A stretch of DNA of 64,000 bases from Octopus sinensis. Lineage: Eukaryota. The stretch covers positions 113,832,001 through 113,896,000 of the forward strand of contig NC_043001.1 in the NCBI RefSeq assembly GCF_006345805.1, read 5' to 3'. Below the pieces are notes generated by a model. That model was not told the origin of the DNA. It made no database searches and saw only the letters and a list, made by a program, of their open reading frames with translations. A program made the translations under genes and the position numbers. Of the stretch, positions 54,425 to 64,000 are shown piece by piece; within the stretch, counting starts at the first letter, position 1; every line of letters begins with the position of its first letter.

Positions 54425-54695
54425 CAATAATAAAGGCGTTAATATTTGGTACAGGGCCAGACGTTTTTGAGGAGAAGGAGAAGCAGACAATATCGGCCCC
54501 AGCAATTTACTAACACTTTTTGATTTTTTTACCGAAAAGGAGAAGCAGACAATATCGGCCCCAGCAATTTACTAACACTTTTTGATTTTTTTACCGAAAA
54601 GGATGAAAAGCAAAATCGATTGGTGAAATTTCAGCTCAGAACGAAATGTCACTAAGCAACTTTTCCGGTGTGCTTACGATTTTGCTAGTTCGCCT
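54425..54695 (-). mobile_element. Decayed SINE family D with a 62-bp tandem duplication
   Basis: GGTACAGGGCCAG...ACCGAAAAGGATGAAAAGCAAAATCG...CTCAGAACG. AAGCAGACAATATCGGCCCC occurs at 54481 and 54543. Confidence 0.65.
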
Positions 54696-55142
54696 TGATG
54701 ATGGAAATGATAATAGTTTTTTTTTATTTGCCATCAAGGCGACGAACATTTATTGAAAGATCTAAGGTGGATTATCTGTAACCATAGGTGGATAGAATGA
54801 AATTACAGCAAAGGGGTATTTCAAAACCGATTTCATACTACTTCCGGTAATTTCAATGCGATTTCAAGTTACCGGAAACAAAGCTGAAACAGGGGTGCGT
54901 TGGGGGTAAACTGAAAGCGATAGACCAGCAGAATTTTGAAAAAAAGAAACAAAAAACGACAGAAGTGAACTTGTTCGTATGTCTGCTTGGTATGCTATAG
55001 ACATTAGAATATACTTAGATGAACTCTATTCTTTCTAGGATACTAAACCACTACGGAGAGGATGCACTGGCGTTATAAATGTTATAAACATATGCATAAA
55101 TTCATACTTACATATGTGTGTGTGTATGTGTAAGATTATGAG

Positions 55143-55288
55143 ACCCATAGTAGACAAGTTACATAGTAGAAAAAAACCATAGTAGACCCATAGTAGACAA
55201 GACCCATAGTAGACCCATAGTAGACAAGACCCATAGTAGACCCATAGTAGACAAGACCCATAGTAGACCCATAGTAGACAAGTTACAA
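55143..55288. repeat. 27-bp minisatellite built from CCCATAGTAGA(CAAGA) modules
   Basis: Three to four units of CCCATAGTAGACAAGACCCATAGTAGA, bracketed by the direct repeat CCCATAGTAGACAAGTTACA. Confidence 0.9.
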
Positions 55289-56127
55289 ATGCAATTAGAC
55301 AAGTGATGGCATGTGACTGCAAAAGCATTGAAATATAAAGCGGAAATAAAACAATTAATGGACTTGTACAATGAAGATAAATACGCTAAATTAAGACACT
55401 GAAATGATTAAGAGTGCAAGAGAGAGGAGAAAGATATTTTATTCGCTTTTAAGTAGCTCATATTCATGGTAAATCTATGAAGATGTATACACACTGATAT
55501 ACGCATATTAACTTAAACTTAGATATGCTAACGGCATGTAGAGACCAAGCTCATACCATGAAGTAATTTAAATTATGTTAAAATCATATTGTATGCCGGT
55601 ACTGCACACACAATTATGGCATTTTTGGTGGAAACATGATTTCAAACAAGGCACCTTTCCCTGTGTAAGTGATTTGTTTCGTTTCGAAGGAGGGAATTCT
55701 CTGAGTATCATTTGAAGGTTACAAAGACTTCTTTGAATTTTTGGGGTTCATTATCAAATAAAGTAGGACCAGTTTAGGCAAAATAATGGTTCTACAGTTT
55801 ATATTTGAAATATGAATCAGAGTAGAGCAACGTGCATATGACACAGGTTCATTAGAATCTATGTATGTATGTATGTATGTATGTATGTATGTATGTATGT
55901 ATGTATGTATGTATGTACGTATGTATGTATGTATGTATGTATGTATGTATGTATGTCATTATTCAGTTTATTTCAAGATTTCTTGCCAATAGAGAAAGAA
56001 CCGGTTTCTAACCTAGATCCAAGGCTCTTTAATTAAAATTTCAACAGCAGCAACGTTTTTGTATGTATGTAAGTATGTATGTATGTATGTATGTATGTAT
56101 GTGTGTGTATGTATCTATGCATGTATG

Positions 56128-56158
<31 letters not shown>

Positions 56159-56839
56159 GTGTGTGTGTGTATGTATGTTTGTATCTATGCATGTATGTAT
56201 GTATGTACCAATAGGTATACGTGCAGATTTGTATGTTTTGTTTTATGTCTTCTTATGCATATGTATGTATGTATGTATGTATGTATATATGTATGTATAT
56301 ATGTATGTATGCATGCAGGTATGTATGCATGTATGTATGTAAGTATGTATGTATTTATGTATGCATGCGTACATGCATGAAGATGTGTGTATATTCATTG
56401 ATATATGTAAACAGACACACATACACACACACAGGTGCGTTTGTGGGATATATGTTTGCGCGTATCTGTATGCATCCAACTTCACTAAACAGGCACACTC
56501 TTCCCTCACGCTAATATCAGTTAGTACATTTACATAACACATTCGACATTCCATGATTTATCACTTCACCTCATACCCGGAGAAATTTAACATATACGTT
56601 AGATTCCCTGACAATATTTGTCACACTATCTTAGCTGTAAATCCAGCATCTTGCTAGTTTCAAACACTTGTTATCTTTGCCTATCCAAAACTAATATTTA
56701 AATTTTAGCTTCTCGAAAAATGCAGGCTCATCGTATAACCCCTTCTCTCCAATTCTATATCTCAAACAATTTTCCACCGTTTTAAAAAAATGTCCCAAGT
56801 ATTTACATATCTACTCCATTGCTCATATTACTTGTATTT

Positions 56840-57249
56840 GTGGCTGTGTGGTAAGTAGCTTGCTAACCAACCAAATGGTTCCGGGTTCAGTCCCACTGCG
56901 TGGCATCTTGGGCAAGTGTCTTCTGCTATAGCCCCGGGCCGACCAATGCCTTGTGAGTGGACTTGGTAGACGGAAACTGAAAGAAGCCTGTCGTATATAT
57001 GTATATGTATATAAGTGTGTGTGTATATGTTTGTGTGTCTGTGTTTGTCCCCCTAGCATTGCTTGACAACCGATGCTGGTGTGTTTACGTCCCCGTAACC
57101 TAGCGGTTCGGCAAAAAGAGACCGATAGAATAAGTACTGGGCTTACAAAGAATAAGTCCTGGGGTCGATTTGCTCGACTAAAGGCGGTGCTCCAGCATGG
57201 CCGCAGTCAAATGACTGAAACAAGTAAAAGAGTAAAAGAGTAAAGAGTA
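56840..57249 (+). mobile_element. SINE family A (first ~10 nt missing)
   Basis: GTGGCTGTGTGGTAAGTAGC...GGTTCAGTCCC...CTTGGGCAAGTG...(AGTAAAAG)n tail. Confidence 0.92.
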
Positions 57250-58612
57250 TATATATGTGTGTGTGTGTGTGTGTTTGTAAAGTTTATTGTGTTTTCATTG
57301 TACCGTAGTAAATAGAAGTCATGGAAAGTATTCCATATGTTACCAAATAGAGCGAATCACCCAATGTGTGATGGTGTTTGGCTTATAATAAATACTGAAT
57401 CAATATCAATATACTCAAATGTTCAGTATCGAAGCCGTAACAGCTTAACTACTGGCATGTCTCCGTACCTATGACATTATTATACATTAGGTCCAGTGAT
57501 TAGAATATTCTCAATTACATTCACATTACGAAAGTAAAATATAAGTCGCGCATATCGCAAGATTTTACCCGGCAATTTGATTATATAATTTACTTAATAA
57601 AACTGATAACGACTTTTGTTAATGAAACGCGCGTAAGCTGTTAGAATCTAATATCCTATGAGCAGTCTCTTTCATGTCTTCTGACTCTGTCTTAATGCTC
57701 TCTACCTATCTCTATCTCCCGCTCTGTGTATGTCTCTGTGTATCTGTTTCTTTGTCTGTCTCTCTGTCTCTAGATGTGCATATACCCATCCATATACACA
57801 GACATGCGTAAACGCGAGCACACACACACACACACATACACACGCACAAATGCCACACACATACACACACGTATATACTTATGCCTATTAGAATTTGAGG
57901 GAAACACTGAGCGGCAAAATTCAAACTGAAATTCTTCAAAAGGAGATAAATACACCCCAAAATAAAAACTAGTGCAGCAATAAAGACAAGACGGGAGCTT
58001 GTACTTTAAATCATATTTCAACATTTTGGGGGTTAAAACTCATTCATCAGAAGAAAATGGAAGGTGGGCATCGAGTGCTTATATTTTTCTCAGATTTGTG
58101 GGGAGGGTAGAGGTTGTGGCATGTACAGAATGGCATAATTATAACAGTAAATTTGACATCTCTTTTGTTTTTCTATGGATTTAGTGTGTGAGCGAGAAAG
58201 GTATTCATTGAGCGTTTTTTTTCCTGGCGAAGTTGTGTTAACACAAAAATATAGAAATAAAGGTGTAGTGCTACTCTGAGGGCAATTCCGAATTATTGGC
58301 ATTAGATAATGCTGGTCACTGTTGGTAGAATCCAAACATGGATGAGAAGGAAAGAAGGCAGGACAAAGTTATGCAGATAGTGTCCTACACCCGTTTCAAG
58401 AAGGCACAAGCAGATAATGCATTTCCTTGCAAGCTGTCGACAGCCAACAGTATAGTTGTGATTGGCCAGATAATATTATTTATTCTATTACACACTCACG
58501 AACACCAAACACGCGCGCACACACACACACATACACACATATATATATAAATAACCCATAAGTGCACAAGTACACACAGGAACGTTCACATACGCGTACA
58601 TACGCAAAGAAG

Positions 58613-58658
<46 letters not shown>

Positions 58659-58959
58659 TACACTAATGAAATTCTTTCTACATTTCCTTTTCCGTCTAAT
58701 TCTTACAGCTAGTAATACCATATTATACACACCGAAGATCAAGGTAGTTTGTTTCAACAAAATATTTTCAACCTCAAGAAAATACAATATCCTGTTGTTC
58801 ATTAACGCTGTCAATTATGAAGTGAGGCGAAATTAATTAATGTACAGTTCGCAACCAGACACGAATAAGCATCTCTCTCATTCCCAATCCTCTCTTGCTT
58901 TCTCTTGCTTTCTCTTTCCTTCTGTTTAACGTTTACTTGAGGTATTTGTTTGACAGCTC

Positions 58960-59035
<76 letters not shown>

Positions 59036-59278
59036 GTTTGTTTGTCTGTCGGTCTGTCTGTCTATTAGTCGGTGTGTCTTTATCTCTCTCTCGCTCGTTT
59101 ATTTTATGTGTATGTATTTGTGTGTATACATATACACATATATGCAGATATATATATATATATATGTATGTATGCATATATGTGTATATGTTAATACACA
59201 CACACATGTATATATACAAAAGAAGCATATGCACACACGCATACATAAATATGCTAGCGTACATACACACACACACAA

Positions 59279-59341
<63 letters not shown>

Positions 59342-59416
59342 TACGTATATGTATATATCCATATACACAGGTATGTTGTTCATTCCGGTCATATACCCAC
59401 TCTAATCAGCTTCTTT

Positions 59417-59525
<109 letters not shown>

Positions 59526-60408
59526 GCATACGTATATTTATAAAAGTACCTATCTATTTATTATCTGTTTGTCTATGTTTCTATCTTTCACATTGTCTAT
59601 ATTTCTTTATATTTCTTTCTCCCTTACTTTGTGTGTCTCTCTCTCACTATTTTCCACCCATCACTCTACACCTTTCTGTATCAGTTTCACTCACCGTAAC
59701 GTCTCTCCTCACCTACATCTCTATGTCTCAATTCTCGCTATCCAATCTTACCTCATCTACTTAACTATCTAATCCTGATACTCTACTACGAATCTAGTAA
59801 ACACCCGGCGGCCAAAGTAAAACATAAAGACCGAAGCAAATATAGAAAGGAAGAAAGAGAAAAGGAAACGAGAAAAGTTAAGATTTTTCTTTTGATCTGG
59901 TTCTCAACAAGAGTACTTGTTTTGATTGTATTCAAATAGCTAGCACACAACACGATTCTCTTGCACTGACTATAAAGGGCTTTTACTTATTGCAAACGCT
60001 AATAGAACTTCTATTAAGTTTCATCAAAGAGTGCAAAAAAAAAAAAACAGAAAAAATCTTTCAAATTTTCGCGTGCCAATGAATATGAGCGCTCGTATAA
60101 AGGGAGTGAGTTAATTTCGCGAGAAGGCGTGTGACTGTTTGGAGGTAAGTGCCAATGTATGCAAATAAGTGTGCCACGGGTGTGTGAGTATAGAGGGGAA
60201 ATAGAGAGAGAGAGACAGACAGACAGAAAAGAGAAAAACGGAGGGAGATGTGTGTGTGTATATATATATTGTATATGTGTGTATGCTTATGTATAAGGAT
60301 ATATTTCCATAGGTCTCTCTCTCTCTGTATATATATATCATATATAACTATATATGTATGTATGTATATACAAACATACATACATATATATATATATGTA
60401 TAAGTATG

Positions 60409-60444
<36 letters not shown>

Positions 60445-62166
60445 TTTACTGTGAAATTATAAGGGTTGAAAATTTAGAAAGCTTTTCATATCGGTGGTTA
60501 AGCATGCCGCACACGTGGAATTTCGGTGCATATTTGCTACATAATTATAGTCTTAGGCGATCCCACTGATAAAGTACAGATGACAAATTAACTTATTTGT
60601 TCATTAACACAAAAAACTTGAGTATGGGATTAACTGTAAATAATTGTTGTTTTTATTCTCTTTGGAATTACTTTTTCGTGGTTAGGATTTGGCTGCCCAT
60701 TCTAGCACGTAAGGCGTCCAGTAAAGGATCGCAATTTTGTGTACGAATATCACACACACACACACACATATATATATACATAGTAGGTTGAGGCAAAAAT
60801 TCGTGCACCGTGTTAAAAGGAACAAACACACCACAAAATATATATAAAAAAAAGATTAATTTAACACGGTATACGAACTTTGTCTCCAACTTAATATATA
60901 TGCATACATACATTTACACATATACATGTTCGCATATATAAGAAATATCGCTAATACATTAAATCTTTCGAGTTTAGTTATCTTAGTATATCTATTATTC
61001 CTCTACAGATTAGCATCCTCAACAATCATACATATATGTACACAATGACATGGTATACATTGCAAGGTGTAATGGACCTTGTAAAAACGGGAAAAAATAA
61101 CGGACCGTAAAATTGAGCTGGACAGTATAAGATTAAGAAAATATGTAGGAAAAGGAGAAATAGTTTTTAAAGCATAACTTATAACTAGGCATTCCTAACT
61201 ATACTTTCAGAATTGTAATCTTTATATACCTATGTATGAATTTATGTATTTCAAGTTACTAGTAATAATGTAACCTAGTGCAACCAGCCGTAACTATTGT
61301 CGATACGGAAAATGATTTTTGTTGGACATTCTGATGCAAAGATATAAAGAAAATACTTAAACCTTTGTTAAAACATCTCTAAAGAAAAAAAAAAACTGAT
61401 GCGACTTCGTTTGTATCCAATGATATACACTAATCCTTGTTTGTAGAAAAATGGATATGTTATTCAGAGAGTGAGTTTGGCTCTGTGCAATGCCTTTCGT
61501 CACTGTAAAACGCTTCAAGAAAGTGCGTTGCTTAATTTTTATCACCACTATTAACATCTCCATTATATATTGTGTAATATTGCTGGTTGTAGCCAAAAGG
61601 GCAAAACACGTAGAGAACAATTCTATAACGGACTGAAGCCGTGTGTTGACCTGCAAGAGGCGCCCATGGTTATCAGAAATGCGCAAAGGTGTGTAACAGG
61701 ATTGAAAATCCACATGCGTTAGGCTCGCGTTTAAGAGGAAAATCAATCAGTGGAATTGCTCAAGTGGCAGCGATCAAATAGTAATGATCAAGTAATTATG
61801 TATGTATGCATGTATGTGTGTATGTATCTATGTATGTATGTATCTATTTATATCTCTCTCTCTCCTCTCTCTCTCTCTCTACACACACACACATATATAT
61901 ACATATATATATATACACACGCATATCTTGTTGCATGTGAGAATGTGTGCGCACACCTGAGTTACTGCATATGTATAACTTGTGCGTCAGCATTGTTTGA
62001 TTCAAAGATGAGCCGTACTACAGATTATTCTCATTATCTCAAGGATGCGTGATCAAAGTAAATCGATCTAAGTTTCTGAAAACATGGCATCAGTGAACTT
62101 AGCATGCAATGTCCCCGTGGCCATTCACAAAACATTTCTCAAATGAATATCTCTTATATTCCAAGT

Positions 62167-62573
62167 AGCTGGCAGAAACGTTAGCAGGCCGGGCGAAATG
62201 CGTAGCCGTATTTCGTCTGTCGTTACGTCGTGAGTTCAAATTCCGCCGAGGTCGACTTTGCCTTTCATCCTTTCGGGGTCGATAAATTAAGTACCAGTTA
62301 CGCACTGAGGTCGACGTAATTGACTTAGTCCGTTTGCCTGTCCTTGTTTGTCCTCTCTGTGTTTAGCCCCTTGTGGGTAGTAAAGAAATAGGTATTTCGT
62401 CTGCCGTTATGTTCTGAGTTCAAATTCCGCCGAGGTCGACTTTGCCTTTCATCCTTTCGGGGTCGATAAATAAAGTACCAGTTACGCACTGGTGTTGATA
62501 TAATCGACTTAATCCCTTTGTCTGTCCTTGTTTGTCCCCTCTATGTTTAGCCCCTCGTGGGCAATAAAGAAAA
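62167..62573 (+). mobile_element. SINE family D with a tandemly duplicated 3' portion
   Basis: One head (AGCTGGCAGAAACGTTAGC) is followed by two consecutive B-box/central/tail units, 62206-62390 and 62391-62573. Confidence 0.85.
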
Positions 62574-63447
62574 ATATATTAGTGAATATTGACAGTGCAC
62601 ATCCAGCAACCGTGAACCCGAGCATATGCATTGAGCAAGTTAACTGCAGCTGTGGGTTTCGTGCGTTATGTTTCCCCGATCGGAATTCTAAAGAAAAACC
62701 TTAGTCTAAAAACTGATTGTCGGCTATTTCTCAGGGCTGGCCATGCACAATGACTTATATTGGTGAATGTAAGGGAACTCTTAAAAGAGTCAATTAATGT
62801 CCCGAATTTTCATTCATAAACTAATAGGGAGTGATATAGTGTCCTCGAATTACCTATGACAATTAAGAGAGAGTGATGCATATATAAAAAATATTATACT
62901 GTATATTATTAGTATGTAGCAATAAATATATACCAAGTCGTACTTTTTGCAAATACTTTAAAATAGGAAACTATCAAATTTTATTCGAGACATTGCAAAA
63001 TTTAATAAGAATGAAAAAAGTAATTAGGCTCGGGAGAATAAACTTTACTTAGAACTCTTGAAGAACGTACTTGAACTACATTGAAGCGACAGATTTGATT
63101 TACTGTTCAACTGAAAGTTTACAAACGGCCTCGTCAGACATAAGTACCCAGAATGGCCCCGTAGACCGGTATCAACCGTTAATACTGAAATTGCTTCTAC
63201 AAGCCGGTTCTGTCCTGTGATTGTCTTCAACCCTGGCATAAATTAAGATAAAAGAAATTCGTAGCTGGAGATACAGTAAGAGCACTATACACACGAACAC
63301 ACACATACACACAGAGGTATATATATATATATATATATATATAAAGTATATGCATATATTTGTGCGTGTGTTTATATATATATGTCTATATATATATAGG
63401 TATGTGTGTGTGTACCTATGGACATGATGCTGATATATATATATATA

Positions 63448-63510
<63 letters not shown>

Positions 63511-64000
63511 TCGTACATATGTACGTATGTATGTATGAACGTATGCAATTATGTATGTTTGTCTTTAATGATATTATATTTTATGTTATATGAAAAAGTT
63601 TCCACGATATCCTTTTATTAACAATATTAAATATTTTGTTAATTGCTTGCTACTCACGATTTCACTTCTCCCATTTTCAGATTACTGTTTATAAGAATGT
63701 TGTAGCTAATTCTATGCACCGGTATTTTCATAACATACTTTTCTGATTTCTACTCAAAACAAATTAACTTAAACATTCAAGGTTCATAGAGATTGAAAAC
63801 CTGAGTTAACGTTGATAACAAAGAACACAGAATAAAAGTTTGTTAAGGTAGCATATGGAGTATATGATAACTGGGTTGGGTCGCAATTGTGGGGTTGGAG
63901 ACACTACATACTTGGAATGTTTTCATCTTTTCTGTTGCATTTTAGGCGATAACAAAGGACGATAAAAAATTCCAATGCTGGTAGAGGGTGTTTGTATTTC

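Noticed and set aside
58200-58430. Very decayed RTE-like fragment (NAGHCW motif)
   Set aside because: It is a single short motif match, too degraded to annotate with boundaries.
61357-61746. 129-aa non-repetitive minus-strand ORF
   Set aside because: It has a TTG start, no recognisable motif and no convincing donor site. This is insufficient evidence for coding.
62735-62800. MTYIGECKGTLKR as a GIY-YIG fragment or micro-exon
   Set aside because: The match is too short, is closed by nearby stops, and has no flanking PLE motifs.
63130-63235. Minus-strand candidate exon after a strong polypyrimidine acceptor (GLKTITGQNRLVEAISVL...)
   Set aside because: There is no recognisable homology and no clear consensus donor, so it cannot be supported without transcript data.

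Overview
Eukaryotic, AT-rich, repeat-saturated DNA with very dense (TA)n, (CA)n, (TATC)n, (ATGT)n and trinucleotide microsatellites. The SINE families resemble, from recall, those of octopus (coleoid cephalopod) genomes, so the taxon is an inference. I could not confidently identify any intact host protein-coding gene. Nearly all ORFs in the supplied track are translations of microsatellites or SINEs. The recognisable coding remnants all come from mobile elements: a Penelope-like GIY-YIG endonuclease (16750-17280, -), a MULE transposase inside ~145-bp TIRs with a 9-bp TSD (21753-24119), a DD41D Tc1/mariner element (30395-32133), an internally deleted Gypsy gag-integrase element (~47841-49571), and 3' fragments of RTE-, Tx1/L1- and R4/Dong-like LINEs. 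There are also Helitron-like elements, including an exact head-to-tail CTAG|TC junction at 1131-1136, and about 25 tRNA-derived SINE copies of at least five families, many nested in other elements. The most interesting structure is the Penelope-like insertion. It has a ~395-bp inverted terminal duplication and a hammerhead-ribozyme-like motif with an 11-bp helix II at its 3' end. Two further degenerate minimal-hammerhead-like motifs lie in short elements that end in (TA)n tracts. No CRISPR array, rRNA or genuine tRNA gene was seen.
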